Shown: in pieces, positions 25,120 through 34,292 of the stretch
Layout of the letters: every line of letters starts with the position of its first letter
Numbering within the stretch: the stretch's first letter is position 1
Virus record (IMG/VR): IMGVR_UViG_2534681936_000014
Location: 1-35,002 of that record
Length of the DNA: 35,002 nt
Source: a virus
Taxonomy: Duplodnaviria > Heunggongvirae > Uroviricota > Caudoviricetes
Direction: 5' to 3' (one strand)
Position numbers and translations under genes: made by a program
Notes under the pieces: model-generated
What the model was told of the DNA's origin: nothing
The model's database searches: none
The model's input: the letters and a program-made list of their open reading frames with translations, nothing else

Positions 25120-25539
25120 ATGCTAAAAACTAGGCTTATCACCGATTACATCAATTCTTTAATAGGTCAGGAGTTCGTTCAAGGCGAGAATGATTGCAAT
25201 ATAATTGCATGTAAGATAATCGATATTCTCGCTGGTACTGACCTATATAATTCTCTTTATAAAAAATATTCAACTAAAGAAGAAGGCTTGAAAATCTGCA
25301 AAGAATTAAGCGGATACACAAATATCCTTCAACCAATTAAGAAACATTTCAAATTAGTCACTGATGATTTACAGGACGGCGACTTACTGGTCACAGCCCA
25401 CAAATTAGGAAACCGCAAATATTATTCCGTAGTTCCTCATTATTCCGGTTATGGCCTCGTTGAAGAAGATGGTATCTGGATGACCATTCCTGTTTCAGAC
25501 ATTGACTATGAACAAGTTTATAGATTCGGGGGTGAATAA
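25120..25539 (+). CDS. Minor tail protein, possibly lambda K-like (Cys/His peptidase-like)
   Basis: 139 aa from ATG 25120 with GGAGG RBS; candidate catalytic Cys (ENDCNIIACK) and His residues (HYSGYG); weak. Confidence 0.4.
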   Translation: MLKTRLITDYINSLIGQEFVQGENDCNIIACKIIDILAGTDLYNSLYKKYSTKEEGLKICKELSGYTNILQPIKKHFKLVTDDLQDGDLLVTAHKLGNRKYYSVVPHYSGYGLVEEDGIWMTIPVSDIDYEQVYRFGGE

Positions 25540-28500
25540 TGGGATTTGAAATATTGGTAGGCGCGGTGATCGCTGGTGCTTCGGCGGGGATGGCGGCAGC
25601 CGCAACATTTTCTGTTATGACCGCAGTCGCTATCGGTATGGCTGCTGGTGCAATGACCTTGATCGCTTCCACTGTAGGCGCACCAAAAACACCGAAAGTA
25701 CAAAGCCCAGATAATGCGGTGACACTAGGAACATCAAACGATCCTAAGACAGTATTACCCGTTCTTTTCGGTACTACCCGCACGGGTGCAATCTGCGTTT
25801 ACAAAGCAATTTCACAGCGTGAAAACAACAAACTGGTACAAATTTTTGCTATTGCCGAAGGTGAGATCGATCACTTTAAAGCACTGCACATCGATAATAA
25901 AAACGTTCTCATTAGCCAGAATATGACAATTCGTGATGGCATTCTCGATAAAGGAAACATTAAAGACGAGTATCGCAAAGTTTTAGAAGTCGAGTTTCGC
26001 ACTGGTAAAAATCCTAACACTGCATTAGATCTGGCTAAACATCATTTGGGCGCAGATTGGGATGATCGGTATCAGGGTAACGGCATTGCGACCATGTGTA
26101 TTGTTTTACGTCGTGATGACAAATCTTTGGCTGCTGGTGTTGATATCCTTCAACCAAATAGCCAGGTAGCGGTCGATGTTATGGGCTTAAAGATTCGTAA
26201 CCTTGAAACTAATGCTATTGAGGCTAGCACTAACGGCGTGGACCAGATTTTCCACTACCTAACAAATGAAAAATATGGCTTATCCGTACCAATTGAAAAC
26301 ATCAACGTTGATTCATTCCTGAAAGTACGTAAACAAGTACGCCAGATGGATTTGCATTCAAACGGTGCATGTGATCCGAACGCCAGCTTTAAAGAGAACT
26401 TAACTAATCTCATGCAGACTTTCGGCGGGGTGATGTTCGAATCCTTCGGAAGAATTACCCTGAAACTGGATGCTCCTGATATTGTTAAGCATACCTTCAA
26501 TGAAGACAATATCATGATGGGTAAGGTATCACTGAAAACAGGTGGCACTAACGGTTATTTCAATACCATTAACGCGATGTATCAAGAACCATCAATCGAC
26601 TATTCCGAGCAAATGCTACGTTATCCGGCTGATGCTGAAAACGATGCTACTATTCGTCAAGATGGTCGAATTATCGCTAAAGATATTGAATATCGTTTTG
26701 TTAAGTCTAAAGCCCAGATTGATAAACTCGCGAGTGTAGAACGAAATAAATCTCGTATCACTCAGGTTATCAGCTTTATGACTACTGACGCATTCACTGC
26801 CGAAGTTTGGGATGTTATTAGCGTAACCTATGATGAATTAAAACTGAATAATTCACTTTGGCGTATTACTGCAATTGATCGCTCTATTGATTCTGGTATT
26901 GCTGGGATGATGACTATCACCGCCACAGAATATAATTCTCAGGTTTATACTGACCTGAACTATGCGGCGAATCCAGACAATAGACCTACTGGTTTACCGG
27001 ATTCAATGACAGTACAGAAACCGACTAATTTCAGAATTAAGGCAACTGGTGAGACAATCCACGGTAAAAACGTAACTTTGACATGGGATGCACCGGAAGA
27101 TTTCAACCGCTACGGTTTCCAGATTGATTACAAAGTGAGTGGATCACCTAACTGGATTAAGCTGGGACAGACTTCACAGCAAATTTTCAATATCAATGCA
27201 CTGGCTAAAGATCGTTCCTACGATTACCGCGTTTGTGCTTTCGGTATTATTGCTCGTTCCGAATGGGTGGAATTGGTTAACCAGAATCCAGAAGTTACCT
27301 ATGAACTGCCTACGCCAGCGATCCGCATCAAAAATCAGGGTAGTTCACCTGGTACTTTCGAAGGCAACGATCTGATTATTGAATGGGACAATCAGCAAGC
27401 CTTAGATGTGGTTATCAACGGTGAAACTAACAAGTTTAGTGACCTGTTTGAAGCCTACATTATCAAGGTAACTAACAAGGCTGGTAAGTCTATTCAGTAC
27501 CGTACCCGCGATCCTGAATCATGGACCTATACGCTCGATATGAACCAGTTTAACGGCCTTTCCCGTGAATTGACGGTAGAAGTATCCGCTAAGGGTTATA
27601 ACAACTCTGTAAGCGCCCCAGCGCGTTTAGTGGCTATTAACCCACAGCATAAGCCAATGAAAGGTTTTAGTGCGCGTGGTGGCTTTAATACTGCGTTTGT
27701 TAGCTGGGCGGATGACGTAGAACATGACTATGCAGGGTCAATCATCCAGTATGCAACCGATAACACTTTCTCAGATGCAAGGGCAGTAAGCACGAATAGT
27801 GTTAGCCATACTTCCTTTGATATTGCTGACGGTGATTATTATATCCGTGGTGCTCACTACGATATTTTCGGTATGGATGATGCTGTTTGGTCCGAACCGT
27901 ATTTCATGCAAATGAAATCTACCATTAGTTGGGACGATCAGGACAAAGAAGCACTGGAAGACCTGATCGGTTTACAAGATCGCTTAGATGAAACCATCGC
28001 GGATGCTATTGCTCAAGCTGGCGCTAATGCCGATGCTAAGATTGATGCAATGCATAAACAGATTACTACCGAGACAGGGCAGACGGTCCAAGCCTCAGCC
28101 GATACTCTCAAGAGTCTGATTGCTACCAGTGAGCAAGCCAGCGCAACTAAGATTGATCAGGTTAAAGCTGAACTGAAAGGCGATATCACCAAAGAAGTTA
28201 GCGCATCCGCTACTACCCTGAAACAAGCAATTGCTACCAGTGAGGCAGCAAGCGCAAGCAAGATTGATCAAGTTCGGGTAGAAATGGATGGTAAGATTGC
28301 TGGTGTGAATCAGGAAGCAGATGTAAAAATCGATGCTTTGAAGGGAACCATTAACAGCAAATATAATCTGGCAGTTAATGCAGATGGTCGCGTGGCTGGT
28401 ATTCATATGAGCGCAACCAACGATCCAGCACAACCGACGAGAATCATCTTTACGGCTGATAAAATCGCGGTAGCTCCACAAGACGGATCAGAAGTTTGTC

Positions 28501-29285
28501 CGTTTGGTATCGAAGATAACAAGGTTTATCTCGATAATGCAATGATTCGTAATGCAGCGATCGGAACCGCCCAGATTAGTGATGCTAGTATCACTACGGC
28601 TAAGATCGGCACAGCCCAGATTAACGGTGCTCACATCCAGCACGCACAGATCGGAACAGGTCATATTATTGATGGCTCTATCGATAATGCTAAAATTGGT
28701 AACTATATCCAGTCTTATAACTGGAATGGTAACGATGGATGGTATATTGGCAAAGATGGCACTTGCCATTTTAGACACGCTAATATTCGTGGTCATTTGG
28801 TGGCTGATTCCGGCGAAATGAACAACGTAACGATTAATTCAAGTTGCCGCATTTTGGGTATGCTTGATGCTAATCAGGTGCGTGGTGACTTCGTGAAAGT
28901 GGTTGGTAGGAGTTTCCCGCATCGCCAACCAAACTGGCCTGATGGTGCAATCACTGTAAGGGTCGAAGATGATCATCCATTCGATCGCCAAATAGTGATT
29001 CCAGCGATTCATCATAACGGGTCTGTTCGTCGTGGCGAAAGTAGCGATCATTGGGATACTTGCCGACTAATCGTTAAGAAAAATGGTGGTGTTCTATATG
29101 ATCGCACTGCAACTTCTGGCTGTATGTACAGTGGAGTTATTGACATGCCAGCCGGACACGGGGCAGTAACAATGACTTTTGAAGTTTACTGTAAGGGCGT
29201 TAACAACTATACCCCAAGTGCATATATCAGCGATCTAACGGTAATGGTAACTAAGAAAGCCGCTACTGGTATTTCTGTTTCTTAA
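25539..29285 (+). CDS. Central tail fiber / tip attachment protein (lambda J-like) with gpI-like hydrophobic N-terminal extension
   Basis: 1248 aa; N-terminal Ala/Gly-rich hydrophobic segment; a central region with fibronectin-type-III-like beta-strand character (by eye); C-terminal region with tandem repeats (TLKxxIATSExASAxKIDQV x2) and AxIGTAQIxxAxI repeats reminiscent of lambda J. Confidence 0.8.
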   Translation: MGFEILVGAVIAGASAGMAAAATFSVMTAVAIGMAAGAMTLIASTVGAPKTPKVQSPDNAVTLGTSNDPKTVLPVLFGTTRTGAICVYKAISQRENNKLVQIFAIAEGEIDHFKALHIDNKNVLISQNMTIRDGILDKGNIKDEYRKVLEVEFRTGKNPNTALDLAKHHLGADWDDRYQGNGIATMCIVLRRDDKSLAAGVDILQPNSQVAVDVMGLKIRNLETNAIEASTNGVDQIFHYLTNEKYGLSVPIENINVDSFLKVRKQVRQMDLHSNGACDPNASFKENLTNLMQTFGGVMFESFGRITLKLDAPDIVKHTFNEDNIMMGKVSLKTGGTNGYFNTINAMYQEPSIDYSEQMLRYPADAENDATIRQDGRIIAKDIEYRFVKSKAQIDKLASVERNKSRITQVISFMTTDAFTAEVWDVISVTYDELKLNNSLWRITAIDRSIDSGIAGMMTITATEYNSQVYTDLNYAANPDNRPTGLPDSMTVQKPTNFRIKATGETIHGKNVTLTWDAPEDFNRYGFQIDYKVSGSPNWIKLGQTSQQIFNINALAKDRSYDYRVCAFGIIARSEWVELVNQNPEVTYELPTPAIRIKNQGSSPGTFEGNDLIIEWDNQQALDVVINGETNKFSDLFEAYIIKVTNKAGKSIQYRTRDPESWTYTLDMNQFNGLSRELTVEVSAKGYNNSVSAPARLVAINPQHKPMKGFSARGGFNTAFVSWADDVEHDYAGSIIQYATDNTFSDARAVSTNSVSHTSFDIADGDYYIRGAHYDIFGMDDAVWSEPYFMQMKSTISWDDQDKEALEDLIGLQDRLDETIADAIAQAGANADAKIDAMHKQITTETGQTVQASADTLKSLIATSEQASATKIDQVKAELKGDITKEVSASATTLKQAIATSEAASASKIDQVRVEMDGKIAGVNQEADVKIDALKGTINSKYNLAVNADGRVAGIHMSATNDPAQPTRIIFTADKIAVAPQDGSEVCPFGIEDNKVYLDNAMIRNAAIGTAQISDASITTAKIGTAQINGAHIQHAQIGTGHIIDGSIDNAKIGNYIQSYNWNGNDGWYIGKDGTCHFRHANIRGHLVADSGEMNNVTINSSCRILGMLDANQVRGDFVKVVGRSFPHRQPNWPDGAITVRVEDDHPFDRQIVIPAIHHNGSVRRGESSDHWDTCRLIVKKNGGVLYDRTATSGCMYSGVIDMPAGHGAVTMTFEVYCKGVNNYTPSAYISDLTVMVTKKAATGISVS

Positions 29286-29303
29286 AATTTAATTCTAATA
29301 ATT

Positions 29304-29346
29304 AATCCCGCTTAATTCTTTTGAGTTAGGCGGGATTATTTTTATC
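29304..29346 (+). terminator. Hairpin (AATCCCGC...GCGGGATT, long loop) followed by ATTTTTATC
   Basis: Read directly after the J-like gene. Confidence 0.5.
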
Positions 29347-29390
29347 TAAATAATTTTGCCATTAAACTATATAAAAATATCGGGGGCGTA

Positions 29391-29669
29391 ATGACTGAAA
29401 TTATATATGGCGGTATCGGTGTTATCGCCTTAATTTGCGGTGGGCTTTGGAGACTCCACCGAAATCAATTAGCAACAGAAAATAGGTTATCTAAATTGGA
29501 ATCCAGCGACGCATTGTTAAACCAGAAGTTTGAGACGATGCAGAATAACCATACTCAGATTGCTGAACGTGTTTACCAAATGGAACAAACACTACACGGT
29601 ATAGAGAAGAAAGTGGTTGCGATGGACGCTAAATTTGACCAAGTTATCGATTTACTCAGACAAAAATAA
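29391..29669 (+). CDS. Membrane protein with N-terminal TM helix and C-terminal coiled coil (holin or spanin-like candidate)
   Basis: 92 aa; TM segment IIYGGIGVIALICGGLW; remainder predicted helical. Confidence 0.45.
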   Translation: MTEIIYGGIGVIALICGGLWRLHRNQLATENRLSKLESSDALLNQKFETMQNNHTQIAERVYQMEQTLHGIEKKVVAMDAKFDQVIDLLRQK

Positions 29670-29688
29670 TAATAAAAGGGGTGAATAT

Positions 29689-29859
29689 ATGAAGAATAAA
29701 CTTAAGAAATATTTTGGTTATCTCTTGATTGTCGCCCTCACTTATAACGTAGCTATTAGACCTCTGCTAACGTCCTTTGGGCTTGAACTCCCGGCTATGA
29801 CCGTGGATGAACAATTGCTAAGGACACTGGCGGGGGTCTTTTCGTTATTAGGGGGCTAA
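29689..29859 (+). CDS. Small membrane protein (56 aa), holin-like candidate
   Basis: ATG at 29689 with AAAAGGGGTGA RBS; hydrophobic segments FGYLLIVALTYNVAI and LAGVFSLLGG. Confidence 0.4.
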   Translation: MKNKLKKYFGYLLIVALTYNVAIRPLLTSFGLELPAMTVDEQLLRTLAGVFSLLGG

Positions 29860-29860
29860 C

Positions 29861-30544
29861 ATGGCAATCAGTACCAATAAACGAAACGCTCTAAGGACTA
29901 AGAAAGCGTTGCGGCAATGGTCTGAAAAGGCAACTGATACATTCGAAAGGGCGATAGGGGAAGGGGCGATCTTTGCTTCCAGAGCACTCCAGAAGAAGAT
30001 TAACAAGAATGTTGATAGACCTACTCGCTGGACTCAGCAAGCTGTAGGTAATACCAACTACAAGAACCGATCAGGGACGAGACACCAAATCTTCATTAAG
30101 GGCGCAAGGGATAAGGACAAGAAGATCGGCAGTCAGGACGACTATCTGAAACACTATTTCGATGGTGGCAAAATCAATAAGCTAGTGCCAATTGCCAACG
30201 GTAAGGTCTTAGACGCCCACGGGAACATTAAGGCCATCAAAGGCGGGAGGATGATGCGTAACCTCGAAAACGGCAACTTCATCAAGGTAGAGAACAAGGA
30301 AGGGACTTTTATCATGAAGAAGTACAAGCCTAAGAAATCCCGAACCAAACGCGCTAGGAATGGATCGGCGGTGGCAAAACGTCGCTTAGAGAAACGCATC
30401 CAGAAACAGAGTAAGCGAATTGTTGCCGTTAAGTCGGATAAAATTTCTACTCGTTATTCGACGCTAGGATCGTGGGAAAGCAACGAGGAAATGATGCTTA
30501 AGAACATTAATAAGCACATTAAATCGCGCATGAGATATGTTTAA
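29861..30544 (+). CDS. Highly basic protein (227 aa), unknown function; atypical codon usage
   Basis: Lys/Arg-rich throughout; uses AGG/AGA/GGG/AAG codons far more than the structural genes. Confidence 0.5.
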   Translation: MAISTNKRNALRTKKALRQWSEKATDTFERAIGEGAIFASRALQKKINKNVDRPTRWTQQAVGNTNYKNRSGTRHQIFIKGARDKDKKIGSQDDYLKHYFDGGKINKLVPIANGKVLDAHGNIKAIKGGRMMRNLENGNFIKVENKEGTFIMKKYKPKKSRTKRARNGSAVAKRRLEKRIQKQSKRIVAVKSDKISTRYSTLGSWESNEEMMLKNINKHIKSRMRYV

Positions 30545-30582
30545 TCCATAAATACCCTCATAGAATCTTATGGGGGTATAAC

Positions 30583-30930
30583 ATGGCTAAAAATATTTTC
30601 ACTGAATTTCCTACTTATCCGGTCGATCAGCTTTCCGGTATTTTTATTAATGGCATTAGCCCAGAATCAATGACCTATGATTTTGAGGCGAAGAGAGTTA
30701 AACATAAACAATATAAAGAATGTATCCGCGATCATGAAAAAGGGACCGTGTTTTGTGTCGCTACATTGGCTAAACGTCCTAAGTATCGTTTTCGTGTCGG
30801 GCAAGAAGTCGATGTAGTTAATCCTTATAGCTTTAATTGTCTGGGCGATGCACGCGCGGTGTGTGTAGGCACTGCTCCTTATTATATCAAGGGTATGCGC
30901 TTTATTGGTTATATCTTCGAAATGATCTAA
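30583..30930 (+). CDS. Hypothetical protein (115 aa)
   Basis: GGGGGTATAA RBS; no motif recognised. Confidence 0.45.
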   Translation: MAKNIFTEFPTYPVDQLSGIFINGISPESMTYDFEAKRVKHKQYKECIRDHEKGTVFCVATLAKRPKYRFRVGQEVDVVNPYSFNCLGDARAVCVGTAPYYIKGMRFIGYIFEMI

Positions 30931-30939
30931 GGGGGTAAT

Positions 30940-31293
30940 ATGTTAAGCAAACATTTTTCTCGCAAGGAATTTAAATGTAAATGCGGAAAATGTGATTATG
31001 ATACAATCGACGCTGAATTACTGGTAATTCTTGAGGATGTACGAGAGCACTTCGGTAAACCAGTGATTATTAACAGTGGCAACCGTTGCCCGACTCATAA
31101 CAAGAATGTAGGCGGGGCAGCCAATAGCTATCACGTTCGAGGCCGCGCGGCTGACATTGTTATCAAGGGTGTCTCACCTGATATTGTTCATGCTTATCTT
31201 GATGGGAAATATCCTACTCAATACGGCTTAGGAAAATATAAAACATTTACGCATATCGATTCCAGATCAAAAAAATCACGGTGGAATGGATAA
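30940..31293 (+). CDS. Endolysin, zinc metallopeptidase of the M15 family (L-alanyl-D-glutamate peptidase type)
   Basis: 117 aa; AAGGGGGTAA RBS; motif SGNRCPTHN...SYHVRGRAADI...H.D matches the His/Asp zinc-binding pattern of M15 peptidases such as the T5 endolysin, from memory. Confidence 0.7.
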   Translation: MLSKHFSRKEFKCKCGKCDYDTIDAELLVILEDVREHFGKPVIINSGNRCPTHNKNVGGAANSYHVRGRAADIVIKGVSPDIVHAYLDGKYPTQYGLGKYKTFTHIDSRSKKSRWNG

Positions 31294-31295
31294 AA

Positions 31296-31326
31296 CAAAA
31301 GCGCCTCTGGTGGGCGCTTTTTTGTT
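31296..31326 (+). terminator. Rho-independent terminator at the end of the plus-strand late operon
   Basis: AGCGCC-TCTGGTG-GGCGCT followed by TTTTTGTT. Confidence 0.75.
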
Positions 31327-31502
31327 AGAATATGCTGGCGACGTTAGCTATATTTCTGACCATTTTTTCATTATAGACAAATATACCGCAGACGATAAAG
31401 TCGTTTTTGACGAAGTAGATCCGTCTCTGGTTGAAGTAATGAAAGAACCGGAAGACCTAGAGCTTGATTTAAGCCAATTATAGACTCTCTAACGCAATTA
31501 AA

Positions 31503-31528
31503 TTAAAAAGGGGTACAAATGTACCCCT
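31503..31528 (-). terminator. Rho-independent terminator for the minus-strand cassette (convergent with the plus-strand terminator)
   Basis: GGGGTAC-AAAT-GTACCCC preceded on the plus strand by A5, which is a T5 run after the stem on the minus strand. Confidence 0.65.
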
Positions 31529-31565
31529 TAAAGCGTTTGGTTCGTTATACGGCGATTTAGGCCGC

Positions 31566-31823
31566 CTATGATTTATTTTCTTGTTCTATGAAAATCTTTC
31601 TCACCTCATCAGAATAAATGTCTAGTGATTCCTCATAACATTTTCTGTATTCATCGTAATTACTGGTGGTCTTTTGACATAGCAATTTCAATGTCTTATG
31701 TGCTCCATCAATGAAAGCATCTTCTCTATAGGTTAGCGGTCTACGCATTTCTTGGTCTACGGTTGCCAATGCCAGGCAAGAATTCATAGATAAAATCAAA
31801 CCTAAAATCTTAATCATCTTCAT
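31566..31823 (-). CDS. Small secreted (possibly lipo-) protein, translationally coupled to the serine recombinase
   Basis: ATG at 31823 lies 4 nt after the recombinase TAA stop (ORF-track start 31838 is a TTG); signal peptide MKMIKILGLILSMNSCLALA; about 85 aa. Confidence 0.5.
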   Translation of the reverse strand: MKMIKILGLILSMNSCLALATVDQEMRRPLTYREDAFIDGAHKTLKLLCQKTTSNYDEYRKCYEESLDIYSDEVRKIFIEQENKS

Positions 31824-31827
31824 TAGC

Positions 31828-33507
31828 TTAAATTCCAAATTCCTGTAATGGACCTGGTATTTCTTCTTCTGGTTTCCAGTTCTTATCTGTCAGCATGTCT
31901 AAACATGGATGCAGAACAAGCCCGTTACTCTCCAGAATCTGCCTATCATTGATAGTCTTCAAATCAACGAAGATCCGGCCTTTCCTCGGTCCTCTTGAAT
32001 TTTCTATTACAACTCTCTGGGTCTTGCCATCGATGTATTCCAGTACAAACAAGTTTTTGTACTTGTCAATCCTGCTACACCCGATCCGTTTTAGAGCTTG
32101 CTTAATCTTAAACCGGACCTTAATGCGATCCTCGTTGTAAACATCTTCTAAATCAAATTCTGCGAGCTTCTCCCAGCCTTGAGAGTCAACAGAATACATT
32201 TCCTCTTCTGCCATCTTAATTTGATTGTAGAGTGTTTCACGCTCGCTATTGAGGGTAGTAATCTGATCGGCTAGCTCCTTCGTTGCTCCTGTCATAGCAG
32301 AAAGGGTAATCAGGTTATCAATCTTGCGTGATATTTCATCAATCTGTACTTTCAAAGCCGGAACCGGATTAGCCTTATCTTCAGCAATCCAGATTTTATC
32401 AGCCAGCAATTGCAATACAGCTTTCTCTAATTGGTCGCCGCGAAAACTCCAGTTTGTATGCACACATTCAATACGACTAGAGCGCATTGCATCGCATGAA
32501 TAACGATATTGGTTAGGCCGTCTGTTTGTTCCTTTCACCTTAACCATAGCGGAACCGCAATGTTCACATTTCAATAGACCAACACCACTAAGCAAGGGAA
32601 TAGGTTTAACTTCTTCTTTGTCTCCAAAGTTACATGCTCTAACACCAATGCTTTTCTTAAGGTGATAAAACTCAGCGTCATCTAGCACACGAGGATAATA
32701 ATCCTTTAACTCATACTTAACGCCATCTACAGAGATTTCCTTGATACCAATCAAAGCGCGGGTATGGAACAACCTTTCAATCATTGCCCGTGACCAGTTT
32801 GAATGCCTCTTGTGACTTGCGGCTGGTGGTGGTGTGTATGTCGCGTTAAGGTGATCCAGTATCTCGGCGGTTGACCGTCCATTCCTGCGTAATTCCACAA
32901 CTTCCTGAACAATAGGGAAGAAGACCGGATGAGGAAGCACATAACCAGATGTGGTATCAGTCCACCACATATTCTTTCCAATTTCCTCGATTGCAACAGC
33001 CGGATTTTGTGGATTTTCTTGATGAGCTTTAATCTTAATCAGTGCGCTTGAGTTAGTACGATTGCGCTTAGTCTGGCTTTCCTCATTACCACGGATGAAT
33101 AAAAGGATGGAGAACATCAGGTCCATCGGGTTAGCGGTAACAGTATCCAGCGAGTAGATCTTGTTATCCATGCCAGTAACAATGGTTATCCCCCTACGGA
33201 TGATTGAAAGGAATAACTCCTGCGCACTGACAATATCGGCACGGGATAAACGGTCCAAGTTTTCGATGAATAGCCAGCTACCAACAGGAACGGATCTACC
33301 TATTGCATCAAGGAAACGAGATAGCGCCCCTGTTTTGGAGTTAGCACCCTTAAACGCAGATACACCCAGATCCTGATAATCATTTACCAGTTCAAGGTCA
33401 TACTTTACCGCAATCTCTCTAGCCATCCTGATTTGTCGTTCATAACTCGAACCATCATTCTGACGCATAGACGAGAAACGAATATACGAATACAGTTTAG
33501 TTTTCAT
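31828..33507 (-). CDS. Large serine recombinase (resolvase-type catalytic domain, recombinase domain, zinc ribbon and coiled-coil C-terminal region)
   Basis: About 559 aa from ATG 33507; N-terminal YSYIRFSSMRQNDGSSYERQ with the catalytic Ser in the position typical of serine recombinases; Cys pairs (CEHCGS...CDAMRSSRIEC) and coiled-coil region downstream. Confidence 0.85.
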   Translation of the reverse strand: MKTKLYSYIRFSSMRQNDGSSYERQIRMAREIAVKYDLELVNDYQDLGVSAFKGANSKTGALSRFLDAIGRSVPVGSWLFIENLDRLSRADIVSAQELFLSIIRRGITIVTGMDNKIYSLDTVTANPMDLMFSILLFIRGNEESQTKRNRTNSSALIKIKAHQENPQNPAVAIEEIGKNMWWTDTTSGYVLPHPVFFPIVQEVVELRRNGRSTAEILDHLNATYTPPPAASHKRHSNWSRAMIERLFHTRALIGIKEISVDGVKYELKDYYPRVLDDAEFYHLKKSIGVRACNFGDKEEVKPIPLLSGVGLLKCEHCGSAMVKVKGTNRRPNQYRYSCDAMRSSRIECVHTNWSFRGDQLEKAVLQLLADKIWIAEDKANPVPALKVQIDEISRKIDNLITLSAMTGATKELADQITTLNSERETLYNQIKMAEEEMYSVDSQGWEKLAEFDLEDVYNEDRIKVRFKIKQALKRIGCSRIDKYKNLFVLEYIDGKTQRVVIENSRGPRKGRIFVDLKTINDRQILESNGLVLHPCLDMLTDKNWKPEEEIPGPLQEFGI

Positions 33508-33526
33508 ACCATTTCCAAACAAAAAC

Positions 33527-33556
33527 GCCCCTACCGCGTATTATAACGATAGGGGC
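33527..33556 (-). other. 30-bp imperfect palindrome (GCCCCTACCG-CGTATTATAA-CGATAGGGGC) just upstream of the recombinase start; terminator of the upstream gene and/or recombination-site candidate
   Basis: Read directly; on the minus strand the hairpin is followed by GTTTTTGTTTGG. Confidence 0.5.
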
Positions 33557-33570
33557 TAGGTGATTAAAGA

Positions 33571-33984
33571 TTAAAGAATTTCACGGCAGCTAATCAGGGA
33601 ATAAGACGTATCACCTTTTTTAACATCAAATATAGGCGCGCCATCAACAGAATGCAGATACTTGATGTAGGATTTACCATCTTCGGAACCATAATATTCT
33701 TCTTTCTCGTTCTTATCTTCTTTCAATTTAGGGCTTTTGATTGTCTTATCATATACCGGATCGTTGAAAGCAAATTGACTATTATCATCATTCACGCGAA
33801 CTTTCACACCGATAAAACCACGATATTTTCCAGACGGTGCATGATAATAACGGTCGCCATCACGAAGATATTGTGTATCATCTCCTTTATGTTCGAAGTA
33901 GGAATTACACACATAATAGGTATTAGCATTTGCAGCACCAACCAAACCCAGAGCAAGAACAACACCAGCGATAATCTTTTTCAT
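33571..33984 (-). CDS. Secreted/periplasmic protein (137 aa), unknown function
   Basis: ATG at 33984 with AAGAGGAA RBS; signal peptide MKKIIAGVVLALGLVGAANA. Confidence 0.6.
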   Translation of the reverse strand: MKKIIAGVVLALGLVGAANANTYYVCNSYFEHKGDDTQYLRDGDRYYHAPSGKYRGFIGVKVRVNDDNSQFAFNDPVYDKTIKSPKLKEDKNEKEEYYGSEDGKSYIKYLHSVDGAPIFDVKKGDTSYSLISCREIL

Positions 33985-34029
33985 AGTAGAATTTCCTCTT
34001 GTTGTTTGAATTACGATATATTTATATCA

Positions 34030-34152
34030 TTAAAAGTTAATGCTAATAATCAGACCAAACACAACCGCACCAATCAAATCAATCCAGTTAATACACAGCG
34101 AATATTCTTTCTTGAATGTCTTAGATGAAATGCCATCATGAAATTGTTTCAT
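34030..34152 (-). CDS. Small membrane peptide (40 aa)
   Basis: ATG at 34152 with GGGGTGAG RBS; translation MKQFHDGISSKTFKKEYSLCINWIDLIGAVVFGLIISINF; below ORF-track cutoff. Confidence 0.3.
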   Translation of the reverse strand: MKQFHDGISSKTFKKEYSLCINWIDLIGAVVFGLIISINF

Positions 34153-34252
34153 TGCTCACCCCATACTAACGACAATATAAGAAAGACTAATCATGGTTGT
34201 GAGACTACCTCCCACGAATGAGATAAAAGCTAACATGTTTGATTCTCCATTT

Positions 34253-34278
34253 AAAAAGCGGTGGGAATTACACCCACC
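34253..34278 (-). terminator. Rho-independent terminator on the minus strand after the 34293-34730 gene
   Basis: GGTGGG-AATTACA-CCCACC preceded on the plus strand by A5, which is a T-run after the stem on the minus strand. Confidence 0.6.
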
Positions 34279-34292
34279 AAATTAGAAATTAA

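Noticed and set aside
31286-31483. 65-aa plus-strand ORF after the endolysin
   Set aside because: Its coding frame runs straight through the strong rho-independent terminator at 31296-31326 and it has no RBS; more likely non-coding.
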